A DNA stretch of 64,000 nucleotides from a virus, in IMG/VR virus record IMGVR_UViG_3300047281_000098, positions 32,001 to 96,000 of that record. One strand, written 5' to 3'. Shown here piece by piece: positions 47,001-57,000 of this stretch. The position numbers were made by a program, and so were the translations under genes. Numbering within the stretch: position 1 is the stretch's first letter; the number at the start of each line of letters is the position of its first letter. The notes beneath the pieces were generated by a model. It was not told where the DNA came from and ran no database searches. It saw only the letters and a program-made list of their open reading frames with translations.

Positions 47001-47593
47001 TTCCAGCTTCACACATGATGCTAAGAACATTCATCCGTAGTGATAATGTTTCTTATCCTTGGTTAGCAGCAGCAGGTACTCGTCGTGGTACTATTGATAA
47101 TGCGACTAACATTGGTTATCTAGATGGTCAAACAGGTGAATTCCAGACAATTAAAACTCGTATAGGTATTCGTGACGTTCTATATACTAACTTCATTAAC
47201 CCAATGGTGTTCTTCACTGGAGTTGGACTATTGAATTACGGTAATAAAACAAGCTTTAATTCATCAAGCGCATTAGACAGAGTTAACGTTGCTCGTTTAG
47301 TAGCTTACATACGTAGACAACTAACATTAGCTGCTCGTCCATTCGTGTTCGAACCAAATGATGCGTTGACTCGTCAACAAATCGCTGGTGTTGTTCAAAC
47401 ATTGATGGTAGACTTGGTTGCTAAACGTGGTCTATATGATTATCTAGTAGTATGTGATGATTCAAATAATACTCCTGCTAGAATTGATCGCAATGAGCTT
47501 TGGATTGACGTTGCTATTGAGCCCGTCAAGGCAGCTGAATTCATCTACATCCCTGTTCGTATATTGAACACAGGTGAATTGTCAGGCAAATAA
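44045..47593 (+). CDS. gp18: Contractile tail sheath protein (gp18-like) with large internal insertion
   Basis: L.SPGVEV...D.S N-terminus; PWLAAAG.RRG, INP, GNKT, ALDRVNVARL, FEPND..TR, VVCD.SNNTP..IDRNEL, P.KAAEFI. Confidence 0.93.
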   Translation: MALTSPGVEVTITDQSQYLPAPGGSVPLVILATAQNKADASGTGVAAATTAANAGKLYQITSQRDLVNLYGSPFFYSTTNGTPIQGYELNEYGLLAAYSTLGVTNRCYVLRADIDLASLVGQTGRPVGFPENNTYWLDTTSSTWGIYVFNQTTGKFSLQTPIVITNPDDLTGGVPNSTIGNIGNYAVNALETAYSFESDASNREFFYKSSFNVWVPLGGTAWKKDVPTVSGTTSNPVLSPGTFTINLNGIYITTITVPVFPNNNVYGVAAAINNLNWFQLTASVRNNKLCIFSSQNSNLSGAMTLSQTGTVLDELGIVAKTYYQAGVEFGTAAQMPLWTSSQAQPHPTGSVWIKVGQSGNGLAPVVANFNAVTNIWQNKNVSLATSDAQVNSNLDATGGKLIPAGSIYAQYDPSYVTAPLYLWERIATGPTVVTGSVSNPVLNSGPYVMTVQTSVPGSPTLSSVYSVTVPDNTDASGFVTAWTATNILYTTASVTTDGAIQITHTDGGSINLSDLVAGVSNGLLSAVGFNINSTAGCKYGPTVSINFSDVPQLSTTGVGTNGLFNIISEYSAYVVSFGGVGSTGGSGYAVGDNITISGAVLGGTTPTNDLVIKVTSVSITNAITSVMYVSGSTPNNYATELSNWRSFTYTANEGSPVAAPVNDTNWFFSVVDQVDIMVQKGGVWIGYGQTSYDSSGFPAATGVNATDPNGPIIAATAPTTQSDGTALVYGDLWMSTSDLELYPLLSRWEAIDSLTNGWVLLDNSDQVSSSGVVFADARWATSGTVSPTDDPIATIPTLLQSNYLDLDAPTATLYPQGMLLFNTRRSGYNVKQYKANYFNSTDFAGDTLPVQKAAWVTISGNQANGSPYMGRKAQRAVVVQAMNAVVATNMAIRDEDNAFNLMAAPNYPELQPNMVVLNNDRGDTGYILGDTPMRLPDDATAIQAWATNAAGATSTGEDGCVTRDTYLGLFYPSGITNDLSGNLVAVPASHMMLRTFIRSDNVSYPWLAAAGTRRGTIDNATNIGYLDGQTGEFQTIKTRIGIRDVLYTNFINPMVFFTGVGLLNYGNKTSFNSSSALDRVNVARLVAYIRRQLTLAARPFVFEPNDALTRQQIAGVVQTLMVDLVAKRGLYDYLVVCDDSNNTPARIDRNELWIDVAIEPVKAAEFIYIPVRILNTGELSGK

Positions 47594-47595
47594 TA

Positions 47596-47627
47596 AAATA
47601 AGACTCCCTTAACTGGGAGTCTATTTT
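47596..47627 (+). terminator. Rho-independent terminator
   Basis: AGACTCCC-TTAACT-GGGAGTCT-ATTTT. Confidence 0.7.
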
Positions 47628-47659
47628 AATGATAAATAATACTAACAGGAGAATTTTAT

Positions 47660-48286
47660 ATGGCAACAGCCTCACAATCATTATTTAATATGACCGTCGC
47701 AGCAGATAATGCTGGTGGCAATCAAGGTCTATTAATGCCAAAACTACAGTTCAGATTCAGAGTTAACTTCTTGAATTTTGGAGTGGGTTCGGCACTAGAA
47801 CTTACTAAACAAGTTATCGACTGCTCACGTCCTAATCTTTCATTCGCTGAAATCACATTACCAGTTTATAACTCAACAATGTATTTGGCAGGTAAGCATA
47901 CATGGGCTCCGATGTCAGTTAACATCAGAGATGACGCGGCAGGTGGCGTTTCTAAATCAGTTGGTGCTCAACTACAGAAGCAATTAGACTTTGTTGAACA
48001 AGCAAGCGCAGCATCAGGCCAAGATTACAAATTTCAAACTAACATTGAAATTTTAGACGGTGGTAACGGTACATTAGTTCCTACTGTATTAGAAACTTGG
48101 GAATTATACGGATGCTTCTTAGTATCTGCTAATTACAATACATTGAACTACGGTACATCTGATGTAGTAACTATTGGTCTATCAATTCGTTATGATAACG
48201 CAATTCAGTCCCCATTAGGTGGCGGAGTTGGTACATCAGTTGGTCGTGCTCTAGGTGGCGCATCAGTTACTGGTATCGGTCAATAA
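47660..48286 (+). CDS. gp19: Tail tube protein (gp19-like)
   Basis: Follows the sheath; PKLQFRFRV.F, AGKHTW, WELYGCF, I.YDNA. Confidence 0.85.
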   Translation: MATASQSLFNMTVAADNAGGNQGLLMPKLQFRFRVNFLNFGVGSALELTKQVIDCSRPNLSFAEITLPVYNSTMYLAGKHTWAPMSVNIRDDAAGGVSKSVGAQLQKQLDFVEQASAASGQDYKFQTNIEILDGGNGTLVPTVLETWELYGCFLVSANYNTLNYGTSDVVTIGLSIRYDNAIQSPLGGGVGTSVGRALGGASVTGIGQ

Positions 48287-48294
48287 CATAGTAC

Positions 48295-49449
48295 ATGGCT
48301 GGATTTTTTCAAAATCTGCTAACTGACACTGCCGGATCATTATTCGGCAGTGATTACCTGCGTGACTTTCAACACGCCGCAAAAACATTTAGACCTAATT
48401 CTTTTCAGAATGCGCCTAAATTCAAGTTTCTATTCCATGTCTATTTTGACATAAATCCTCAGGCAATGGCATCAGTCGGTATGACTTCAAGTCCTAATTT
48501 AGGATTAGATGTAAAGACAATAAAACTTCCTAGTTATACTTTTGCCACTCATGAGCTTAATCAATACAATCGTAAGCGTATTGTACAAACAAAAATAAAA
48601 TACGATCCAGTTGATATAGCATTTCATGATGATCAAGGTAATGCCATACGTAATATGTGGTATGCTTATTATACGTATTACTATAAAGATGCTACTAAAG
48701 TAAACACAGGCGGTCCTGGCTCAAGTCAAATAGCCCCGGATGCGTCTTATGTTAATAGAAATATATACGACCCATCGATAACAGGTAATGATAACTGGGG
48801 TTTTTCAGGCGAGCCTGCTCAGTCAGCAACTGCTCAAGTTAAAGCTCCGTTCTTTAATAATATAACTGTGTTTAGTATAAATCAGCATAAATTTGCTGCT
48901 TATACATTAATAAATCCTATTATAACACGATTTGGTCATGATACTCATAGTTATGCTGAAGGTTCCGGTACGATGGAGAATACAATGACTCTTGACTATG
49001 AAACTGTAAAATACTATGAAGGTGCGATAGATGGTACTAAGCCTGGTAATAAAGTAACAGGTTTTGGTGACAATGCCTCATATGACTTAACTGCTAGTCC
49101 AATTACTAAGCCAGGTTCACAGGCATCTATATTAGGTCAAGGCGGATTAGTTGACGCAGTTGGCGGATTTATAAATGACTTAACTCCTGATGCCAATGGT
49201 GAGATTAGCGGCGGAGCATTATTTAATGCTGCTATAAATGCCGGTACAGCATATAATACATTTAAAAATGTAGATTTGAAACAAATAGCCAAGACTGAAG
49301 TTCTAGCTGGTATCACTAATCAAGTTCAACAAACACCAAATAGAAGCGTATCGTTCTCTTTCCCTACTTTTGCTGGCTCGCCTAGTACAACAGGAACTGC
49401 TGGTTCACCGTCAGCGACCCCTCAAAAAACACCCGGTACAAACGGATAA
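48295..49449 (+). CDS. Tail-tube-like baseplate/tube initiator protein
   Basis: PKFKFLFHV.F, VK..KLP, NQYNRKR, Y.P..I.FHDD, M.L.YE. Confidence 0.65.
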   Translation: MAGFFQNLLTDTAGSLFGSDYLRDFQHAAKTFRPNSFQNAPKFKFLFHVYFDINPQAMASVGMTSSPNLGLDVKTIKLPSYTFATHELNQYNRKRIVQTKIKYDPVDIAFHDDQGNAIRNMWYAYYTYYYKDATKVNTGGPGSSQIAPDASYVNRNIYDPSITGNDNWGFSGEPAQSATAQVKAPFFNNITVFSINQHKFAAYTLINPIITRFGHDTHSYAEGSGTMENTMTLDYETVKYYEGAIDGTKPGNKVTGFGDNASYDLTASPITKPGSQASILGQGGLVDAVGGFINDLTPDANGEISGGALFNAAINAGTAYNTFKNVDLKQIAKTEVLAGITNQVQQTPNRSVSFSFPTFAGSPSTTGTAGSPSATPQKTPGTNG

Positions 49450-49501
49450 AGTAATGCTCACTGTGATACTATTGTATAAATAGTAGATAGGGGTACATTA
49501 A

Positions 49502-49861
49502 ATGGCACGCATAATAGATTCACGCACATCACTTGATAAAACAGTCAGAATATTTGATTCTTTCTACGCATTTGATTTGGTTGTCAACGGAGATTCGTAT
49601 GACATTGTATATGGTTATTTCAAATCTGTAAGTAGCAGCATAAATGTAGCAGCTAATTTTACTGCTGTTCTATTTAGAATTTCACAAGAGACCAAGATAC
49701 CGGTACTAGATTTATTAGGTTATATCAAGGGTACAACGAAGTTGGAAATGAATCAAGTAATATGTTACTATCTTAACAGTTTCAAATCTAAAACTTCTCT
49801 ATACGGAGTAAGCGTTGTACCACAAGCCAATCAGCCCGTAGCAAGAAACATAGTTCAATAA
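49502..49861 (+). CDS. Late hypothetical protein
   Basis: Perfect TATAAATA at 49475. Confidence 0.7.
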   Translation: MARIIDSRTSLDKTVRIFDSFYAFDLVVNGDSYDIVYGYFKSVSSSINVAANFTAVLFRISQETKIPVLDLLGYIKGTTKLEMNQVICYYLNSFKSKTSLYGVSVVPQANQPVARNIVQ

Positions 49862-49862
49862 T

Positions 49863-50297
49863 ATGGCACGGTTTGCTACAGGGATTTTCACTCCAAAGAA
49901 TCCAGCAAAATATGTAGGTAAGCATTTGCCACGCTATCGTAGTTCATGGGAATTAGTCTTTATGACTTTTCTAGATCAGAATTCTAATATCATGCAATGG
50001 GCAAGCGAATCAATCGCAATTCAATATCGCCATCCTCTTACTGGTAAGATTGCGAACTATATCCCTGATTTTCTAGTACTATATCAAAACAAAAGCGGCA
50101 GACAACTAGCTGAAATTGTTGAAGTAAAACCTAAATCACAAACTGCTATAACTGAAGCAAAATCTAAGCATGATAAACTTCATGTGGTGGTGAATACTGC
50201 TAAGTGGCGGGCAGCCGCAGCATATTGTAAGCAACATGGGATGACTTTCCGAATAGTAACTGAGATGGATATTTTTCACCAGCCTAAAGGTAAGTAA
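49863..50297 (+). CDS. gp4: Head completion nuclease gp4-like (TnsA-like)
   Basis: PKNP.KY.G, YRSSWE, W.SE, Y.PDF, EVKP..QT, N.AKW.AA, F...TE. Confidence 0.88.
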   Translation: MARFATGIFTPKNPAKYVGKHLPRYRSSWELVFMTFLDQNSNIMQWASESIAIQYRHPLTGKIANYIPDFLVLYQNKSGRQLAEIVEVKPKSQTAITEAKSKHDKLHVVVNTAKWRAAAAYCKQHGMTFRIVTEMDIFHQPKGK

Positions 50298-50304
50298 ATA
50301 CAGT

Positions 50305-50787
50305 ATGACAAAAAAATTATCCGAACTGTTTGACTTATCACCTGATATCATGGAAAGTCTATCAATGCCTATTCCCGACGATGCTGAGATAATCACAACT
50401 GGTGCACTGACTAATCTGGAAAAGATTGAAAATGCTCTACCTCAAGTTAGAGGACTGGAATCAAGTGACATAGAACTTGACGAAATAGCAAAAATGGCTA
50501 TTGACAGTTACAAAGACTTGTCTGAGTTAGGTATGCAGGTTGATAGCAGATTCTCCAGTGAGATATTTGGCGTTGCTGCTACTATGTTAGGCCATGCGCT
50601 TACTGCTAAGACAGCTAAACTAACTAAAAAGATTAAAATGATTGAGCTACAGTTGAAGAAAGCTGCGCTGGATCAAAAAGCAAGTTCTAATGTTGAAGAA
50701 TTAGAAGCTACTCCTCTAGGTGATGTAAAAAGTTTAGACAGAAATGAATTACTCAAGATGTTAGCTGTCAAATCATCTGCCGAATGA
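50305..50787 (+). CDS. Helical late protein, possible terminase small subunit
   Basis: Helical/coiled-coil 160 aa ending DRNELLK; located in the late cluster. Confidence 0.4.
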   Translation: MTKKLSELFDLSPDIMESLSMPIPDDAEIITTGALTNLEKIENALPQVRGLESSDIELDEIAKMAIDSYKDLSELGMQVDSRFSSEIFGVAATMLGHALTAKTAKLTKKIKMIELQLKKAALDQKASSNVEELEATPLGDVKSLDRNELLKMLAVKSSAE

Positions 50788-50812
50788 TAAATAAGATAAT
50801 GAGGAATATTCA

Positions 50813-51430
50813 ATGAAAAGTTTAAAACATTTTATCACCGAATCGGTGAGAAGTTACAAATACACCATCAAGATTGCCGGTGATGTGGATAAGAACTTTA
50901 TTGAGATGTTTAAGTACAATCTCAATAAGTTTGACCCAATTAAAGTCGGTGATCCTGTCAACACACCTATTCAAAAAAGCCCGTACGGTTTTCCTGAATT
51001 GAAGAATGAGCAAATAACTATCATTAAGGCGGAGTTTAGATACCCTGCTACTGAGCCAATGATACAGCAAATCGCACAGTTACTTGGTTATAATATCAAT
51101 ATGGTTCGTGTTGTTACCACTGATTTTGATGATAGCATCAATAGCGAAGCTGAAGGATATTCTAATCAAGTTGAACACACTCCGTTGCTAAATCATCCTG
51201 AATTGGAAGATAATGGTAAAGATGCTGCTAAAGCATATGGTGATTCATACTTAGACAGTATTAAGAAACAGTCAGAGGGTTCAAAAATTGATATCCCTTA
51301 TGAAGGTAAAAAAACTCCGGATTCGTTTGATCCATTCAAACAGCCAATTCAAGACAAACTTGGTGCTCTTAGCCCAATGAGTAAAATGACACGAGCTCCA
51401 AAACCACAAACAGGCGCATCGGCTAAATAA
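50813..51430 (+). CDS. Putative head protein
   Basis: Late TAAATA 50788; MKSLKHFITES start. Confidence 0.55.
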   Translation: MKSLKHFITESVRSYKYTIKIAGDVDKNFIEMFKYNLNKFDPIKVGDPVNTPIQKSPYGFPELKNEQITIIKAEFRYPATEPMIQQIAQLLGYNINMVRVVTTDFDDSINSEAEGYSNQVEHTPLLNHPELEDNGKDAAKAYGDSYLDSIKKQSEGSKIDIPYEGKKTPDSFDPFKQPIQDKLGALSPMSKMTRAPKPQTGASAK

Positions 51431-51445
51431 TAAAAGGAATATGAT

Positions 51446-53971
51446 ATGAATATGAATATGTTAGATTTAATGAACAAGCTTACACAGCTTCAAGCCGCTG
51501 ACCTTACTGAAGCTAAGGCAGAAACTACTCACAAAGGTGGCACTAAGACTACTGATGACAAGGGTACTACTCATAAAGGCCGTTACGGCAACGAGTATCA
51601 AGGTGATAGTGATGATGAAGAGCGTGATTCAGTTACTGGTAAGAAGAAAAAAGCTCCTAAAGTAATGCCATCTGATGGTGAAAAACGTGGGCGCGGCCGT
51701 CCTGCTAAAGCTGGTTCAGAAGGTGATGGCAAGAAATATGCTAATGCTGCTGCTCTACAAAGCTTTATCGTTGGTAACAAGCCAAGTAAAGCTGTTGAAA
51801 AACTTCCAAAGACAAAGAGCAACAAGACTCTTAAAGACTGGATCGAAAATCTAGATAACGCAATTAATGAAGGTGAAGAAGTAACAATTGCTCCGGCAAC
51901 TGCTACTAATACACAAGTTATCAAACAAGGTCAGAACACATTGGGAACTGTTAGTAACCCTCAGTTAGCACAACAAATCAAGCAAAGCATTGGCAAGGGC
52001 GAAATGACTCTAGCTGGTAATACACTTGGTGAAGATGCTCAAGGAAAAACAGCACGCATTTTCTTCAACAAAGACTTAGGTGAATATACAGTTCGTTTCT
52101 ATCAAAACGGTAAGCACATGGCTGACGCTGATTACTTCACTGATGATAAAGAAGATGCTCGTTCTACTGCTAAGGCATCCTGTGAAGAGCAAGGTGAAGA
52201 AGAAGTTACAGAGCGTTCAACTAGTATGTACAATGAAGCTAAGAAAGCCAAGCCAGACTTTCTAGATGTTGATAAAGACAAGAACAAAAAAGAACCATTC
52301 AAAAAAGCTGTTAAAGATAAAGCAGCTAAAACAGTTGAAGAAGCTAAGAAAGCCAAGCCAGATTTTCTCGATGTAGACAAAGACGGTGACAAGAAAGAGC
52401 CATTCAATAAAGCTGTTAAAGACAAAGAAGCTAAAACAGTTGAAGAAGCCAAGAAGCCAAGCGCAGGTATGACTGCTAAGGAAAAATCAGCAGTAGTTAC
52501 TAAAGCTAAAGCAGGTAAAGATATCGGTAAGCCGGGTAAGGGCTTTGAGAAAGTTGCTGCTAAAGCTGCTAAAGAATACGGTTCAAAAGAAAAGGGCCAA
52601 AAAGTAGCCGCCGCAGCAATGTGGAAAGGCCAAGCTAAGAAAGTTTCAGAAAGCAAAATGTCTAATCTAGATGCTGATCTTAAAGATAAAAACTTCTCTG
52701 ATGCTGACTTTAAAAAGCAATATGGTAAGACCAAGGCTGAAATGAGAGCATCTATGAAAGACAAGCCTGATGCTAAAAAGAAAGTTGCTGAAAGCGTATT
52801 GAATGATTCTACTGGTGCTACTTTAGATCATATCTGTAAAACATTCAGCCGTGAAGTAGCCGACTTTAAACAAACTGGTGATATGGATGAAGATTTATTC
52901 CAAGCTCTATATGACTATTATTTTGATGACATGCCATATGGTGTTAAAAAAGCAAGAAGCGGTGATCCATATGAATGGGTATCTGATCGTTTCCAAGAAG
53001 ACATGCCATTAGAAGAAGGTACAAGAGAAGATTTCACTACTCACGGTATGGATAGTCAGCCATCAAAAGTAATGCCAATGCCAGCTAAGCCCGCTCAAAC
53101 TCCATGGAGCAGAGATCCTATTGCTGCGTTAACTGATCGTGCGTATGACAAGTTTGCCAGCAAACCAAAGACCCCTCAGTTTGAAAGCTGGAACACTCAG
53201 TTAGATTCATTGTTAAATGAAGACATCACTGAAGGCATGACTGTATCTATTAGCAAAGGTCAACAAGGATCTCCTGATTCAGTAAGTATCAATGCTCAAG
53301 ACGCAGAAGCTGACCAATTACTTGCTCTAGTTAAAAGCGCAGGATTAGGTTTATTTGGTGGTGATGAAGCACAAACTCCAGGCGGAATGAATATGTCATC
53401 GGCTACTGGTGGAGAAGCAGGCGCTGTTGATGTTGAAGTAGTTGATGATCATGATGATATGTTATCTCTTATTCGCAAAATGACAGGTCAAGCTCCTGCT
53501 CAACAAGCATCAAGTGAAGATTATGCTGATGAAGAAGGTACTGAAGAGCACGCTGAAGAAGTATGCGGTGACTGTGGTCATAGTGAATGCGAATGCGAAA
53601 CTGAAGAAGTTGTTGACGAAACAGAAACAGACGATCAGCGCGAATTTGAAGTTTCTGAAGACGACAATGTAGCACAAGCAGGCGCTCAAGAAGCTGGTGA
53701 AGATTCAGCATTAGCTTCAGCAGCCGGTCAAGCTCAGAGCGCAGAAGAAGACGAGCCTGAAGAAGAGGAAGCAGAACTTGAAGAATCATTTGCTAATAGT
53801 GAAGATGACAAGTTTCAAACTGATATCGACTTTATGACTAATGTTATCACTGGTGGACTGAATAGACAGAAACGTAATCAATCAGTTGGTAATCCAATAA
53901 CGATTGCTTCTACTCCAATGAAAGAATCCGCAGATTTGCTTTCAGACTTTAGAAAACTAAGCGGTCTGTAA
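51446..53971 (+). CDS. Large modular charged protein, putative internal head/core polyprotein
   Basis: AT-hook KRGRGRP, DxDxDG repeats, many (L/I/V)xE(A/S/G/D) junctions, acidic C-terminus. Confidence 0.6.
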   Translation: MNMNMLDLMNKLTQLQAADLTEAKAETTHKGGTKTTDDKGTTHKGRYGNEYQGDSDDEERDSVTGKKKKAPKVMPSDGEKRGRGRPAKAGSEGDGKKYANAAALQSFIVGNKPSKAVEKLPKTKSNKTLKDWIENLDNAINEGEEVTIAPATATNTQVIKQGQNTLGTVSNPQLAQQIKQSIGKGEMTLAGNTLGEDAQGKTARIFFNKDLGEYTVRFYQNGKHMADADYFTDDKEDARSTAKASCEEQGEEEVTERSTSMYNEAKKAKPDFLDVDKDKNKKEPFKKAVKDKAAKTVEEAKKAKPDFLDVDKDGDKKEPFNKAVKDKEAKTVEEAKKPSAGMTAKEKSAVVTKAKAGKDIGKPGKGFEKVAAKAAKEYGSKEKGQKVAAAAMWKGQAKKVSESKMSNLDADLKDKNFSDADFKKQYGKTKAEMRASMKDKPDAKKKVAESVLNDSTGATLDHICKTFSREVADFKQTGDMDEDLFQALYDYYFDDMPYGVKKARSGDPYEWVSDRFQEDMPLEEGTREDFTTHGMDSQPSKVMPMPAKPAQTPWSRDPIAALTDRAYDKFASKPKTPQFESWNTQLDSLLNEDITEGMTVSISKGQQGSPDSVSINAQDAEADQLLALVKSAGLGLFGGDEAQTPGGMNMSSATGGEAGAVDVEVVDDHDDMLSLIRKMTGQAPAQQASSEDYADEEGTEEHAEEVCGDCGHSECECETEEVVDETETDDQREFEVSEDDNVAQAGAQEAGEDSALASAAGQAQSAEEDEPEEEEAELEESFANSEDDKFQTDIDFMTNVITGGLNRQKRNQSVGNPITIASTPMKESADLLSDFRKLSGL
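52235..52444 (+). repeat. Tandem 105-nt (35-aa) repeat x2
   Basis: EAKKAKPDFLDVDKD..KKEPF.KAVKDK.AKTVE occurs twice. Confidence 0.9.
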
Positions 53972-53986
53972 GATCATTTAACACAT

Positions 53987-54015
53987 AAAATACTCGGGCA
54001 ACCGGGTATTTTTTT
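53987..54015 (+). terminator. Rho-independent terminator
   Basis: AAAATACTCGG-GCAA-CCGGGTATTTTTTT. Confidence 0.8.
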
Positions 54016-54066
54016 GGCTATCACTTTATACACAAACGATAAATACTTGATAAGAAAGTAAAACCC

Positions 54067-57000
54067 ATGGCACAAAATAATATTGACTTCGGAACATTTC
54101 CGGATGATCCTAGCGCAGACGCGATACGAACAGCATTTCAAAAAGTTCAAGACAACTTTGATCAAGTATTTGCTGTAACTACCGGAGCATCAGTTACTTC
54201 AGTAAATAAGACGCCCGGGGTAGGCATTACTGTTAGTTCTCCGATCGGAGATGTAGTTGTCAGTGCTAATATCGCATGTGTTCAAGTTAGTACCAGCTCA
54301 CTAAGTATAGGACGCGGCAGTAACGGTGGAACATCAACTTCAATCACTGCGTCAAGTCAAATTTTAGTAATTGACATTAATCCAACTAATGTATTCTCAA
54401 ACAGTTTTGCAGCAGTCGGAGGCGGTTTAGCAAATATTACTGGAAAATTAACAGTAGCTGCTAATGCTCAACCAAACATTACATCAGTTGGTACTTTGAC
54501 TACTTTAGCAGTATCAGGCAATATCTCGGCTGGAAATGTTGCTGCGACCACATTTACTGGTAATTTTACTGGTAATGCCACAACAGCGGGTACAGTAACC
54601 ACTGCTGCGCAGCCAAACATAACATCAGTTGGTACATTAACATCATTAGTAGTAACCGGTAACATCACATCAGGCAATGCTAATTTAGGCAATTTAGCAC
54701 GTGCTAACTTTATTCAAGGGACATTAACCACTGCTGCGCAGCCAAACATCACAAGTACAGGTACACTGTCTTCGTTAGCAGTAACTGGTAACGTAACAAG
54801 TGGAAATGCTAACTTAGGTAACTTGTTAATTGCTAACTTCCATCAAGGAACATTAACAACGGCTGCTCAACCAAATATTACATCAGTTGGTACTTTAACT
54901 GCTTTAGCTGTTACGGGAAATGTCACTTCAGGTAATGCTAACTTAGGTAACTTGTCAATTGCTAACTTCATTCAAGGAACATTAACAACTGCTGCTCAGC
55001 CAAATATCACGTCTGTTGGAACATTAAGTTCTTTGGCAGTAACAGGTAACATTTCAGGTGCTAATCTAACTGGAACTCATTATGGCGCAGCAACCGGACT
55101 AACAGCAATTCCGGGTGCTAATGTAACTGGTACAGTAGCTAATGCGACATACGCAGTAAGCTCAGGCACGGCCGGTAGTGCTACTACTGCAGGTACGGTA
55201 ACAACGGCTGCTCAACCAAATATTACATCAGTTGGTACGTTAACTGCTTTAGCTGTTACGGGAAATGTCACTTCAGGTAATGCTAACTTAGGTAACTTGT
55301 CAATTGCTAACTTCATTCAAGGAACATTAACAACTGCTGCTCAGCCAAACATCACTTCAACAGGTACTTTAACTGCGTTAGCAGTAACTGGTAATATTTC
55401 TGGTGCGAATATCACAGGTACTCATTACGGTGCAGCTACTGGACTAACAGCAATTCCGGGTGCTAATGTAACTGGTACAGTAGCTAATGCGACATACGCA
55501 GTAAGCGCGGGGACAGCGGGTACAGTAACAACTGCTGCTCAGCCAAACATCACTAGTACAGGAACTTTAACTGCTCTTGCAGTAACTGGAAACATTACAT
55601 CAGGTAACGCCAACTTAGGTAACTTGTTAATTGCTAACTTCATTCAAGGAACATTAACAACTGCTGCGCAGCCAAACATCACAAGTACAGGTACACTGTC
55701 TTCGTTGGCAGTAACTGGTAACATTTCGGCTGGTAATGTTTCTGCTACGACTTTTACAGGGGCGTTCACTGGAAATTCAACTACAGCAGGTACAGTAACA
55801 ACTGCTGCGCAACCAAATATTACATCAGTTGGTACGTTGACTTCTCTAGCAGTTTCAGGTAATATTACGTCGGGAAATGTTTCAGCAACAACTTTCACCG
55901 GTGCGTTAACTGGTCTTGCTTCAAGTGCGACAGTAGCTGCTTCAGCAAACGCCGTAGCAGGGGCGAATGTAAGCGGGCAAGTAGCAAACGCATTAGTAGC
56001 CGGCACTGTGTATACTGCGGCACAACCAAACATCACTAGTACAGGTACTTTAACTTCGTTATCAGTGACCGGCAATATATCCGCAGCAAACGTAAATGCA
56101 GCTACATTTGGAGCACATAACGGAACAGTCGGAGCATCTACTCCTAACACAGTGGCAGCAACTTCGATAACAGCTACGACAACAATAGCTGCTACTGGTA
56201 ACTTGTCAGGTGCTAATATAAACACCGCTGGTGTTCTATCTGTCACGGGTAACGCTAATGTCGGTAATTTAGGTACTGCTGGATTAATCGTTGCAACTGG
56301 TAATATCACCGGTGGAAATTTAGTTACTGCTGGAAATTTATCAGTTACTGGTAATGCAATTATTACTGGAAATCTATCAGCCGCAGTATTCACGGGCGCT
56401 GGAACTGGGCTTACTTTCTTGCCAGGTGCTAATGTATCTGGCACAGTAGCTAATGCGACATACGCAGTAAGTTCAGGTACAGCAGGTAGTGCTACTACAG
56501 CGGGTACAGTAACAACTGCGGCACAACCAAACATCACTTCAACTGGTACTTTAACTGCGTTAGCAGTCACTGGCAATATCTCCGGTGCTAACATCAATGG
56601 TACTTTCTATGGCGCAGCAACTGGACTAACTTCAATCCCGGGCGCGAATGTAACTGGTACTGTACCACTTGCTGCAAGTGCTACTACAGCGGGTACAGTA
56701 ACAACTGCGGCACAACCAAACATCACTTCAACTGGTACTTTAACTGCGTTAGCAGTCACTGGCAATATCTCCGGTGCTAACATCACAGGTACTCATTACG
56801 GAGCAGCTACTGGATTAACTTCAATCCCTGGCGCGAATGTATCTGGTACAGTAGCCAATGCGACATACGCAGTAAGTTCAGGTACAGCGGGTACAGTAAC
56901 AACTGCAGCACAACCAAACATCACATCAGTTGGTATATTAACATCATTAGCAGTAACCGGCAATATATCAGGTGCTAATGTAACTGGTACACATTATGGG

